Of a stretch of DNA of 30,470 nt, positions 8,601 to 16,497 are shown one piece after another. The stretch spans positions 1-30,470 of IMG/VR virus record IMGVR_UViG_3300025396_000053; one strand, 5' to 3'. The stretch comes from a virus. Lineage: Duplodnaviria > Caudoviricetes. A program made the translations under genes and the position numbers. Below the pieces are notes generated by a model. That model saw only the letters and a list, made by a program, of their open reading frames with translations. It searched no databases and had not been told where the DNA came from. Positions within the stretch are counted from its first letter, which is position 1; each line of letters begins with the position of its first letter.

Positions 8601-9774
8601 ACCATCCTATAAATGTGTTGTTTGCACCTGTGTTGGAATAACCTGATTGGTAGCCTACTGCTACATTATTTGAAGCTGTGGTGTTTTGATTAAGAGATTG
8701 CAAACCTAATGCAGTATTGTAATTACCACTTGTATTTAATTGCAATGCACCTACACCTAATGCTGAGTTATAACCACCTGATGTATTAGTGAGCAATGCA
8801 GATAAACCAATTGCCGTATTGTAATTGCCTGTAACTGCACCACTTAAAGCGTTAATACCTAATACTGTATTTCCTGATATTGAATTTGCACCTAATCCAA
8901 CAGTAAGACCATGAATAGATGCGTCATTAGTAGAGGATAAAGCCCCTGTAATAGCTAAACCTGTTGTTGAAAATGCTCCTATTGTTGAACCAGCAGGTCT
9001 AATATTTATAGCACCACTAGAAGTATCAATATATAAAGTATTAGTAGATACTATATTTCCATAAGACGCATTAGTTAATGATAGAGAACCTGTTGCAGCC
9101 GAAAATGAACCACTAGTACCACTAACTTGACTAGTTGCAGATATTGCTCCAGTAACAGAAAATGTACTGCCATTATAAGTTAATCCACTACTAGAACTAA
9201 AAGCACTTGTACCATTTCCATAAGGAATATATCCTGATGTTAATGTTGTTAATCCTGTGCCACCTGATGCTACACCAAGAGCATTTGTCAAATTAAGCGT
9301 ATTAGCCGTTAAGGTTGTTCCGTTAAAAGTTAAATTAGCACTATCTTGTAATAATCCACTTGTACCAGCGTAAGTAACACGACCGCTTGTTAATCCTGAG
9401 TCGGTAATAGAACTAAATGTTGCTGTTCCTAAAGACGGCTGTACGTTTCCTGATGCGTCTAAATAAACTGCTTTTTCGCTAGGATAAGTTACAAATACGT
9501 TCTGTGTACCTGAAGCAAAGTTAACAGTAGAACCAGCGTTAGATGACGATAAGACCGTTGTACGAGCAAGCGTATTTCCTGATGATGAATATGTACCAAT
9601 ACCAACTTCCCAATTTGCACCAGACTGGTCAGCAATGGTGTAGTAACAAGTATTACCATTACCAACAGCAGCAGAAAAAGTCTGATAGCCTGTTACTGCA
9701 CCTAATAGCGTAACCGCTCCTGTACCCGGAGCTGAGGCTGTTTCTAATACACGGTCTTTTAATGTCAACGCCAT
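5668..9774 (-). CDS. Long tail fibre/spike with 14-aa repeats and C-terminal intramolecular chaperone (peptidase S74)
   Basis: N-terminal LKDRVLET..GTG anchor; many NTAVGYQAGYSNTTG repeats; SDQRLKKNI cleavage motif, IGVIAQEL and terminal coiled coil. Confidence 0.9.
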   Translation of the reverse strand: MALTLKDRVLETASAPGTGAVTLLGAVTGYQTFSAAVGNGNTCYYTIADQSGANWEVGIGTYSSSGNTLARTTVLSSSNAGSTVNFASGTQNVFVTYPSEKAVYLDASGNVQPSLGTATFSSITDSGLTSGRVTYAGTSGLLQDSANLTFNGTTLTANTLNLTNALGVASGGTGLTTLTSGYIPYGNGTSAFSSSSGLTYNGSTFSVTGAISATSQVSGTSGSFSAATGSLSLTNASYGNIVSTNTLYIDTSSGAINIRPAGSTIGAFSTTGLAITGALSSTNDASIHGLTVGLGANSISGNTVLGINALSGAVTGNYNTAIGLSALLTNTSGGYNSALGVGALQLNTSGNYNTALGLQSLNQNTTASNNVAVGYQSGYSNTGANNTFIGWSAGYYNTSGTANVALGSNAYANGGTSATGSYNIAIGYGSLSGIQTGSNNVAVGYQSLYTTNTASNNTAVGYQAGYSNTTGTAITSVGAYALTSNTTASYNTGLGYGALRANTTGSSNAGVGAYTLYLNTTGSYNTAFGGLDSGTFSPLYSNTTGSSNTAIGSGSLGNNTSASYNTAVGYQAGYSGTTGLGGSTHVGYQAAYYSNAFNNSFAYQSLYSNTTGYSNNAYGYRSLFSNTSGIQNTAVGDQALYSNTSSNYNSALGYQAGYNSVSQGDVYIGYQAGYNNYSNGGVTVVGYQAGYGNGQTNSGDALTAYGYQAAYSNTGAGITALGAASLKLNTTGVYNTAIGYQAMQSNTTGDRMTAVGWNALASNTTGTRNNAFGVSLYSNTTGNNNNAFGRDTLGSNTTGSNNTGVGDAVFGFVTTANSNTGLGHAAGYYVTGGSNVAIGDAALYGASGNASGTSNVAIGVQALQANTTASNNTAIGYQAGYNNSSATQNAFFGGASGFSNNGSYNVFLGQNSGYNNTSGVQNTYVGQATGYYYYTGSNNTALGWQALLGNTNPANNTGSYNTAIGNQSLFSNQTASNNTAVGYQAGYAYNGTNGYSTFIGYQAGFATTGEYNTVLGALALSTNTTGTENDAFGVSALLSNTTGSYNAGFGNSSLRLNTTGTYNVAIGWGSLRNNTTANSGTAVGYQAGYNNTTGTISAFGASALYSNTTGGTNVGIGNSALYTNSTGSSNTAVGHQALGANTTASYNTAVGYQSLYTLNRTADVNSANTALGYQAGYPITTGPANTCLGYGTGTSLTTGSNNVYIGINTTASSGSVSNEIVISGTSGTTGKGSNTGFISPNGGAVYQGNNSTLWSVTSDQRLKKNIVDNNVGLDKITQIQVRNFEYRLPEEITELNKLDAINITGTQIGVIAQELAQVLPDCVKTESTGVMSVDASNITWHLINAVKELSAQVTDLQAKLKSAGVAGF

Positions 9775-9801
9775 ATGACGCTCCTAAAAATCTGTTTAAA
9801 A

Positions 9802-10404
9802 TCAAGACGTTGCAGTTGTACTATAGACAACACTTACAGTATCAAGTGCCGTAACCGCTTTAGCCACTGCAAAATTACCTTCTGAATATAGTGTACCAGC
9901 CGTTGAACTTTGTGTACTAACTGCACCTGAACCTGTTACCAAGAAGCATCCATAAACTGTTCCGCCACCACCAGTAATCGTATAAGTAATCGCAGTAGCT
10001 GAAGATGTAGTCACGTTAGATGGGGTTGTTCCTGATGAAGTAGATGCAGCAAATACTGCTGTTCCACGAACTGCTGAACCACCAACGGTATAGTTAGTAA
10101 ACTCTGTCCATGTATGTGAAGCCATCGTATCGGTAGCTGCGAATGTTGTACTGTTACCAATCAAACCTAAAAACGGTCCAACTGTCGTATATGTGCCTGA
10201 TGTTCTTAATAGAGTATCCAGCATCAACTGTTTACCTACGGCTACGACTAAGTTAGGAAACTCTTCTGTCCACTTTAAATTACCATCTTTATCACGGCAT
10301 TCAACATGGTAGTATCCATCAACGCCCATTCCTTCAGGAATAATTGCATTTGCTTGTAAGGTTGCTACAGCGTTATCACCGCAGCTGGCTAATTCGTTTG
10401 TCAT
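9802..10404 (-). CDS. Virion structural protein (tail-associated)
   Basis: 200 aa, T/S/G-rich, GYYHVECRDKDGNLKW..FPNLVV N-terminal motif; in structural operon. Confidence 0.7.
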   Translation of the reverse strand: MTNELASCGDNAVATLQANAIIPEGMGVDGYYHVECRDKDGNLKWTEEFPNLVVAVGKQLMLDTLLRTSGTYTTVGPFLGLIGNSTTFAATDTMASHTWTEFTNYTVGGSAVRGTAVFAASTSSGTTPSNVTTSSATAITYTITGGGGTVYGCFLVTGSGAVSTQSSTAGTLYSEGNFAVAKAVTALDTVSVVYSTTATS

Positions 10405-10412
10405 ATATGCTC

Positions 10413-10862
10413 CTATTGCAGTTGAATAATGGCGGTGGTTGCAGTCGCCGTTGGAAAAGTTACTGTAAATAAACCTGCCGATGTTGATACTTTAGCAGAT
10501 CCGAAGTCTAATGTACAGATAGCAGGATTTGTAACACCCCCAGCCGTACCGTTTAAATATATTAAAGCGCCATTTGCTACAAAATTAGCCCCAGTCCATG
10601 TAACCGGCGCAAAAGAAAGGAATGCAGTTGTGCTGTTAGCTGAAGATGTAGGTATTTGACTTATTGTTAAAGGGTTACCTCCAGCAGTATAGCCATTTCC
10701 AACAATCTCATTTGTACTTGTATACGCGGTTGTTGATGCATTTAGGTTAGCTAAAGACGTATAAAGCGCAATATAATAAGTTTGAGTTGTGCCTGTACCA
10801 AAGTTAAAGTTTCCGTTTAACAATCCTACTTTAAAAGAAGTGCAAGCTGTTTGAATTATCAT
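10413..10862 (-). CDS. Virion structural protein
   Basis: IALYTS, GYTAGG, GALIY, LDFG motifs common in phage structural proteins; ATGA coupling. Confidence 0.72.
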   Translation of the reverse strand: MIIQTACTSFKVGLLNGNFNFGTGTTQTYYIALYTSLANLNASTTAYTSTNEIVGNGYTAGGNPLTISQIPTSSANSTTAFLSFAPVTWTGANFVANGALIYLNGTAGGVTNPAICTLDFGSAKVSTSAGLFTVTFPTATATTAIIQLQ

Positions 10863-11821
10863 GCCACAGTGTTGCCTTTAATATTAGTATTAAGTTTAGT
10901 TTGCCCATCTCGGTAACTATCACCTCTTTCCAGACCATCCCCAAGACGTTTAGCTAATCCAAGCGCTTCTTGGTATTTATCTTCATAATACTTAACAAGG
11001 TCTTGCTCACCTTTCATAAACAACATAGCTTCACGCATAGCACCGTATAAAAGAACAGGGTCAAAGTTATCACCAAGCCATGATGTGCCTGTAGCGTTGT
11101 TGATTGATGTTACTGCTATTGAAAAACCTGAACCTGTGCCGCCAATATAAGAAGAAGATACAGTCAAAACATCACCTACAACGTACATTGACCCACCGTT
11201 TTGTAGCGTAACAGAACTAACTATACCGCCTGTCACCACAATATCTGCCGTAGCATTTGCGCCTGAGCCATTAACTCCGTTTGTATAAGTTAGCGGTACG
11301 TTTGTATATACGCCCGTGGTATATAAAGAGCCGACAGAATAAGAAGCCACACTTAACAAAGTAATAATACCTTGCACAATTGAAGGTGGATAAAAGAAGT
11401 AATGCAGTTCTACAGGGTAACTTGTGTCAGGAGTAGGACCTAGAATACAAGACAGCTCATTTTGTAAGGTATATTGCGGTCCAAAAATAGAGTAATACTT
11501 TGGTAAACCATAATTAGCAGACCCCGGATTAGGGTAAGCTTCACGAATAAAGTTAACGTCTTTATTTAATAAATAATTATAGTTGCCAGAATTATCAACA
11601 ACAGCAATAGAATAAGTAGACAACCAATCTAACGGAAGAGACAGATATTTATTACCAGCAGTTAAAGACCCCGTTACATTTCTACGCAACGATGGGAAGT
11701 TAATAGTATTAAATATACGCTCTTCTGCTTGCTGAATAAATACAGGAATATTGGCAACAAACAACGCCTCCGTATTTTCAGCATACGCTTGAATCGTGTT
11801 AGATAATGTCTCGTAATTCAT
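10859..11821 (-). CDS. Putative head-tail adaptor with S/T/G-rich insertion
   Basis: IPVFIQQAEERI, PKYYS, GPTPD, LLYGAMREA motifs of adaptor-like proteins. Confidence 0.65.
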   Translation of the reverse strand: MNYETLSNTIQAYAENTEALFVANIPVFIQQAEERIFNTINFPSLRRNVTGSLTAGNKYLSLPLDWLSTYSIAVVDNSGNYNYLLNKDVNFIREAYPNPGSANYGLPKYYSIFGPQYTLQNELSCILGPTPDTSYPVELHYFFYPPSIVQGIITLLSVASYSVGSLYTTGVYTNVPLTYTNGVNGSGANATADIVVTGGIVSSVTLQNGGSMYVVGDVLTVSSSYIGGTGSGFSIAVTSINNATGTSWLGDNFDPVLLYGAMREAMLFMKGEQDLVKYYEDKYQEALGLAKRLGDGLERGDSYRDGQTKLNTNIKGNTVA

Positions 11822-12066
11822 TACGCCATCGGTCCTCTTGCTAACTTACCTTTAGTTTGTTTACTACGTCCGCGTACTTCAATACCATCTGTTTTAACGC
11901 CTGCATATGGACCTTTATTAACATTGCCTACAGAAATATTCATTTTATTCATGTAGTCACGACCAGATTCAACAGACATTTCAGGTAAATCACCAGTTAC
12001 TTCTTTACCAGACATCGTATGTGGCTTAGCATAAGCTTCTGCCGGTTTATTGTTAATTTTAGCCAT
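11821..12066 (-). CDS. Small basic protein
   Basis: 81 aa ending KTDGIEVRG...TKGKLARGPMA; TAATG coupling. Confidence 0.75.
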   Translation of the reverse strand: MAKINNKPAEAYAKPHTMSGKEVTGDLPEMSVESGRDYMNKMNISVGNVNKGPYAGVKTDGIEVRGRSKQTKGKLARGPMA

Positions 12067-12067
12067 G

Positions 12068-12223
12068 TTATTTACCTGCGCCTTTTAACTTAGTAGAACC
12101 AAACTGATTAATCAATTTAGAACGATTATGCCCGTTTGCAAGCATCTGTTCATTAGTCTTGCCGCCGCTAGTTTTTTTAACCGCTGTTGCGCCTGTTTGA
12201 CTTTGTTCTTTTTTATCTTCCAT
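12068..12223 (-). CDS. 51-aa small basic protein
   Basis: Not in track: MEDKKEQSQTGATAVKKTSGGKTNEQMLANGHNRSKLINQFGSTKLKGAGK; AAGGAG SD; fills the gap exactly. Confidence 0.75.
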   Translation of the reverse strand: MEDKKEQSQTGATAVKKTSGGKTNEQMLANGHNRSKLINQFGSTKLKGAGK

Positions 12224-12233
12224 GTGTTACTCC

Positions 12234-12650
12234 TTAATTAATTGATACTGTTCCAATTACAACAACCGATATTAAATTATTTGGTGTTTCACCTAAATCG
12301 TACTTCATTCCTACAGGATTCCAACCCCATTGTATATCTCTACTACCGCTTGTTGGTGTTCCAGTTGCATTAATACTTATACCATTTTGTTCAGTTATTT
12401 GCAAGCCATTTAAACCTGCTTGGTAATACGTTGTATCTGGTCTTGGTTCTCTAACAGCCTGTGGATCTTCGACTGGATACATACCTAATTGTAACTGAGG
12501 ATGGTCAGGATCCCAACACTCAGGACAAACTTTTAAATCATATTTTTTAGTTTTAATTATCTCTTTTCTAAGAACGGACAATTTAAACCTAAAACCACAC
12601 CTATCGCACTGCGCAATCGCATATTTACCGGAAGAAAATTGATTAGGCAC
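12234..12650 (-). CDS. Zn-binding (CxxC..CxxC) conserved phage protein
   Basis: GTG start with AGGAG SD; CDRCG and CPECWDPDHPQ. Confidence 0.8.
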   Translation of the reverse strand: MPNQFSSGKYAIAQCDRCGFRFKLSVLRKEIIKTKKYDLKVCPECWDPDHPQLQLGMYPVEDPQAVREPRPDTTYYQAGLNGLQITEQNGISINATGTPTSGSRDIQWGWNPVGMKYDLGETPNNLISVVVIGTVSIN

Positions 12651-12660
12651 ACACTATCTC

Positions 12661-13413
12661 CTATTGAGCGATAAACTGTCTACGTGGCACAAATCTAACA
12701 GGGGACTTATCCCTGTCTTCCGAAGAAGCTAAATCCCAAGCTTCATCATACTGTTGTTTTAAAACGCCGAGTCTTTGCTCTGCGCCTTCAATTTTTAAAG
12801 CTAAATAATATGCCAATCCAGCAGTCAAAGCGTTAAGCATACGAAAAGGTATATCAAACGTATTCACACCATTACCAGCGTCTTGTATACGACGTAATCT
12901 CCAGTAAACGAATGTATATGTTTGAGATCCATCAGGAGTGGGCCAAACGGTTATTTGAGGCGCATCTACGCCTGTTGTAGTATCTGCATAACTTGGCTCA
13001 TCTGTAAGCGGATATGTAGCCCCAGATTGCCTATTAACCCAAACTTGGATTGGTCTAGCTTGTTGTAACTTGTTAGGAATTGTTGCGTAAGTAGATACAG
13101 AAATACGTGAAATTGTTAAATCAGCTTGGTTGTTTTGTTGTCCCGCTTGTGTACGGATAACGTGTTCTAATAAATCTACTGTATCTACAGGTAATGAGTA
13201 TGTGTTAACACCTTGTTGTAAAACAATCTGACCTTGTTCAACAGTCCAAAGATTAACACCTCTATTTGCCCAATCAGCAAATAACAAATTCATAGATCTA
13301 CGCGCAGTACGTAAATCGTAACCAGACCTTAGCTGTGAGCCGCAACGCTCAAAAGCTTCCTCAACTATTTCAGTTAAGTCTAAGTTAAACGATTGACTGC
13401 CTGAAGTTGTCAT
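12661..13413 (-). CDS. Putative head-tail connector/head completion protein
   Basis: EIVEEAFERCG, ARRSMNLL..W.NRGVNLW, WPTPD, AGLAYYLA motifs. Confidence 0.7.
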   Translation of the reverse strand: MTTSGSQSFNLDLTEIVEEAFERCGSQLRSGYDLRTARRSMNLLFADWANRGVNLWTVEQGQIVLQQGVNTYSLPVDTVDLLEHVIRTQAGQQNNQADLTISRISVSTYATIPNKLQQARPIQVWVNRQSGATYPLTDEPSYADTTTGVDAPQITVWPTPDGSQTYTFVYWRLRRIQDAGNGVNTFDIPFRMLNALTAGLAYYLALKIEGAEQRLGVLKQQYDEAWDLASSEDRDKSPVRFVPRRQFIAQ

Positions 13414-13658
13414 TTTTTAGCCGTTTTTGCTGAATTTATAAAATCTTGCTTGGAAGGAGAGCCTTTAGAACCGGGTTTACGCATTTTTTCACCAGACCCC
13501 GCAGCCATCCTAGCACGTTTCTTATGAATATTTTCATAAAGTCCAACCTTTCCGCCTTTTTTAATGCCGGGGACAGGACCACCTTCAGGTGGAGAATTAT
13601 CTACCTGTTTTGGTAATTTTGAGGGTCTTACTGCACCCATACCCCGACTAGCACGCAT
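13410..13658 (-). CDS. Small basic protein
   Basis: 82 aa, GLYENIHKKRAR...SGEKMRKPGSKG...SAKTAKK. Confidence 0.75.
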   Translation of the reverse strand: MRASRGMGAVRPSKLPKQVDNSPPEGGPVPGIKKGGKVGLYENIHKKRARMAAGSGEKMRKPGSKGSPSKQDFINSAKTAKK

Positions 13659-14053
13659 TATTTATCGTGTCGTCCGTGTGTTGGTAAGCAACTATCGCCA
13701 TGAGTCATTCCACCCTTAGCCATTCCACCGCCACACATCGCTTGTACGTGCTCGTGATGATGTTTAAAACCGCCACTATGCTTAGACATTTCTTCGTGAT
13801 GATGTTTAGCAGACATACCGCCGTCATGCTCTTTTAAATGTGCTGCTACGTGTTCGTGATGATGTTTCATAATTTTACCGCCTCCTCTATAAGCATTACC
13901 CATTGCATCCATACGACCTTCGGTCATACCTTTAACAGCTGCTTCACCAGCATCTGCATTCTGTTTCTTGTATTTATCTACAAGTCTTTGTTCATACTCT
14001 TTACTAGCAGCATCGCCAGTTTTTTTGTTTTTCATCTGCCATTCGGTAGCCAT
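13658..14053 (-). CDS. His-rich small protein
   Basis: 131 aa with three KHHHE repeats. Confidence 0.75.
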   Translation of the reverse strand: MATEWQMKNKKTGDAASKEYEQRLVDKYKKQNADAGEAAVKGMTEGRMDAMGNAYRGGGKIMKHHHEHVAAHLKEHDGGMSAKHHHEEMSKHSGGFKHHHEHVQAMCGGGMAKGGMTHGDSCLPTHGRHDK

Positions 14054-14055
14054 GA

Positions 14056-14580
14056 TTATTTGCCTTTACGAGCAATACCATAACCACGTGTAGCTAAGCC
14101 ACCAGCAGCCATCTTTTTCATTTTTTGAATACCCACTGAAGGACCTGAATCACCTAAATTTTTACCTTTAGTGTCGCCACGTTTTTCAACTTTGCTTTCA
14201 CCAAAAGCTTTTAATTTATTTGAACCAGCTTCAACATCTTTAGCCATTGTGCGAGGACCCATGGTCTCAGCAACGCCGCCTTTAGCCATCTTTTTCATAG
14301 GCATCCCACCCTTCTTAAGTTTAGATAAATCTGTATGTTCGCCCTTGTGTTCTTGAGCGTCGTGCATTTTAAAAGCTTTCTTAACGATTGCTTTATCTTG
14401 TTTAATATCTTCTTTCATTGATTCTTTTTTCATAACTCCACCTTCTCTAAATTTTCTGCCTTTATCGGCTTTTTCAAAATCACGACCAACAGATTGCGGT
14501 ACGCCCTTTTTCTTTGCCATAGCAGGGTTATGAGCAATCATTTCCATAAAATTGTGTTGAGCTTGCGATTTACTTGGCAT
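14056..14580 (-). CDS. Basic K/G/M-rich protein with xxxGG repeats
   Basis: MPSKSQAQHNFM..AHNP N-terminus; LKKGG, MAKGG, MAAGG. Confidence 0.8.
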   Translation of the reverse strand: MPSKSQAQHNFMEMIAHNPAMAKKKGVPQSVGRDFEKADKGRKFREGGVMKKESMKEDIKQDKAIVKKAFKMHDAQEHKGEHTDLSKLKKGGMPMKKMAKGGVAETMGPRTMAKDVEAGSNKLKAFGESKVEKRGDTKGKNLGDSGPSVGIQKMKKMAAGGLATRGYGIARKGK

Positions 14581-14582
14581 TT

Positions 14583-14825
14583 TTATCTCGCAATAAGTTG
14601 GTTAATCTTGTCTTCAAGCTTGTTAAACCGTTGGTCAATATGGTCAAGAATTTTGTCAATCTCTGCTTGAGTGACGCTGTCTCTTGCAATTTCTTCACGG
14701 GTTCTGTTAAGTAAGATACTAAGACGCTGAATTTCATTGAATTTCTCCTTAAGGAAAAAACCTACAACTGCCATTACTATGGTAATGACAATGTTCCAAA
14801 TCATTATGACTTCACGTATTTCCAT
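14583..14825 (-). CDS. Small TM plus coiled-coil protein
   Basis: Start placed at the TAATG overlap (14825); WNIVITIVMAVVGFFL TM, then helical C-terminus. Confidence 0.72.
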   Translation of the reverse strand: MEIREVIMIWNIVITIVMAVVGFFLKEKFNEIQRLSILLNRTREEIARDSVTQAEIDKILDHIDQRFNKLEDKINQLIAR

Positions 14826-15085
14826 TAGCATTTCCACCTTGCTAAACTTGCTGCTTTACGCGTTGGTTTGCCATTCTCATCTTTCATTGGTCCGGGCATA
14901 CCGCTCATTCTTGCGCAAAAAGACTTCTTACGAGGTCCACCTTCAGGCTGCGGGGCTTTTAAATTCGACCCAGTCGCTTTGTTATATTTTGCACGACCTT
15001 TAGCAGTAAGTCCAGCCCCTTTAGAAACCGGGAGTTTTTCGCCTCTTCCAACTGCAAGACTGGGTCCTTTCTTCTTAGTAGCCAC
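14825..15085 (-). CDS. Small basic protein with SFCARM motif
   Basis: GTG start; GLTAKGRAKYN, NLKAP, RKKSFCARM, LARWKC. Confidence 0.8.
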   Translation of the reverse strand: MATKKKGPSLAVGRGEKLPVSKGAGLTAKGRAKYNKATGSNLKAPQPEGGPRKKSFCARMSGMPGPMKDENGKPTRKAASLARWKC

Positions 15086-15090
15086 ATTGA

Positions 15091-15600
15091 TTATCCATAT
15101 TGAATTGTTTGGAATGAAATATTAGTCTCAACAACATATATACCCGTGTTTGCCAATACACCTTCACCGGAAAAAATAACTTGGAATGGTTGCACCGCTG
15201 TACCGGTATTGTATCCGACCATCCATCTACCAGTGCCAGAATAAATACAGCTTGTACCAGTCGCTATTGTTCCAGAGTTAATATCGGTAATAGTAAAAGT
15301 ATTGGCATCTACAACAGTAATTACATAATTACCAGCAACAGGAGAAACTGCCGAAGCTGGACTGTATGTAATACCCACAATATTGCCAGTAGATAGACCA
15401 TGCGCTGTTGAAGTTATAGTAATGGTATTGCCGGAACGTCCATAAGTAGCATTAACTGGCGCTACAGTTGTATCAAACAAATCAATACCGCCAGCCGTTC
15501 CTGTACCTAAATAAATTAAATTTTTAAGACGCGTACGCCCAAGAATTGCAAAACCACTGCCGCTAAAATGGGCCGATTTTACATCATATTGCATTGTCAT
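15091..15600 (-). CDS. Virion protein with beta-rich insertion
   Basis: MTMQYDVKS start, ITITSTAHGLSTG and V..VDANTFT motifs; AAGGAG SD. Confidence 0.75.
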   Translation of the reverse strand: MTMQYDVKSAHFSGSGFAILGRTRLKNLIYLGTGTAGGIDLFDTTVAPVNATYGRSGNTITITSTAHGLSTGNIVGITYSPASAVSPVAGNYVITVVDANTFTITDINSGTIATGTSCIYSGTGRWMVGYNTGTAVQPFQVIFSGEGVLANTGIYVVETNISFQTIQYG

Positions 15601-15620
15601 AATTAATCTCCTTAGCTTTT

Positions 15621-15641
15621 AAAAAGGGAGCCGGAACTCCC
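15621..15641 (-). terminator. Intrinsic terminator
   Basis: GGGAGU-UCCG-GCUCCC then UUUUU, after stop of 15652..16353. Confidence 0.65.
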
Positions 15642-15651
15642 AGAGAATTAA

Positions 15652-16353
15652 TTAATCAAAATTACCGTATGGGTAAGTTGTTGTTGTACCGATATTGTTA
15701 TCAGGTTGGCTATATTGTAAAGTAAAGTTATAACGACCAGTAATACCAGTTGCACTTAATAAGTTAGTACCAACAATAGCAACAGTAACAACAACTTGAG
15801 AAATATTAGGCTGTCCGTTAGCTTGTAAAATATCAGTACTTGTAGATGTCTGGTTAATAATTTGTGTACCAGTAAATGTAGCTAATGATTGACGACCAAC
15901 CGCAGCAATAGCGCCAGTAGCAAAATATGTTGGTGTACCGCCAGCCGCTGTATAGTTATTAGATACATAAACTGTCTGTGAGCTAACCGCAGCAGTACCA
16001 CCTGTAACAGCATATAAAGCAGCTACGTCAACATAAATATTATCTAAATCAGCGCCTGCTGGTACATACAAAACAGCGCCACGATAAATATTTGTATTTG
16101 TGTCGGCAGGGATTGTTTGAGCTACTGAAGGATAAACAGAGCTAGATGGTTGATAAACAACACCGTTTAAGTTAGGGATTGTGTTAGAAGCAACAAAGTT
16201 TCCAGAAGTACCAGAATAAGTGTTTGTGCCTGATGTTGTATTAGAAAAGTCTAAATCTATGTTTTGTACTAATTGTGAGTACCCGACGTTACGTAAAGCG
16301 CCAAAACGCTGGTCGCCCGATAGAATTGGTCCTTCAAAGGTTGCGCGTGCCAT
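15652..16353 (-). CDS. Virion structural protein (capsid-associated?)
   Basis: 233 aa, MARATFEGPILSG start, T/S/G/A-rich; AAGGA SD. Confidence 0.75.
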   Translation of the reverse strand: MARATFEGPILSGDQRFGALRNVGYSQLVQNIDLDFSNTTSGTNTYSGTSGNFVASNTIPNLNGVVYQPSSSVYPSVAQTIPADTNTNIYRGAVLYVPAGADLDNIYVDVAALYAVTGGTAAVSSQTVYVSNNYTAAGGTPTYFATGAIAAVGRQSLATFTGTQIINQTSTSTDILQANGQPNISQVVVTVAIVGTNLLSATGITGRYNFTLQYSQPDNNIGTTTTYPYGNFD

Positions 16354-16440
16354 ATTAAATTGTCCTTATGCAAAAGTTCACTTATACCAATCGTTGCATC
16401 GTCTGCTGGGGCAGTCCGGTATAAGAAATCACCCAGTTAG
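16354..16440 (-). ncRNA. Structured 5' leader RNA with two predicted pseudoknots
   Basis: Four complementary pairs in about 80 nt: CUGGG/CCCAG, CUUAUACCGG/UUGGUAUAAG, CUG/CAG, AUGCAA/UUGCAU. Confidence 0.6.
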
Positions 16441-16444
16441 TTAA

Positions 16445-16473
16445 AGTATACAACATTTTTAATTGCATGTAAC
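16445..16473 (-). promoter_or_regulatory. Putative sigma70 promoter for 15652..16353
   Basis: -10 TATACT (16450-16445) with GTTACA 17 bp upstream; predicted start at the 5' end of the structured leader. Confidence 0.5.
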
Positions 16474-16497
16474 ATATTTTTGTGTAATATATTACAC

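Noticed and set aside
5668-9774. Fibre repeats as a CRISPR array or DGR template/variable repeats
   Set aside because: Repeats are in-frame and degenerate at synonymous sites. No spacer pattern, reverse transcriptase or adenine-specific pair was seen.
13586-13607. CAGGTGGAGAATTATCTACCTG as a fourth GTGGAG palindrome
   Set aside because: Right half and spacing do not match CTCCAC.
16354-16440. Leader as HDV-like or hammerhead ribozyme, or a known riboswitch
   Set aside because: Helix order differs from HDV and there is no CUGANGA/GAAA core; cannot assign without an Rfam search.
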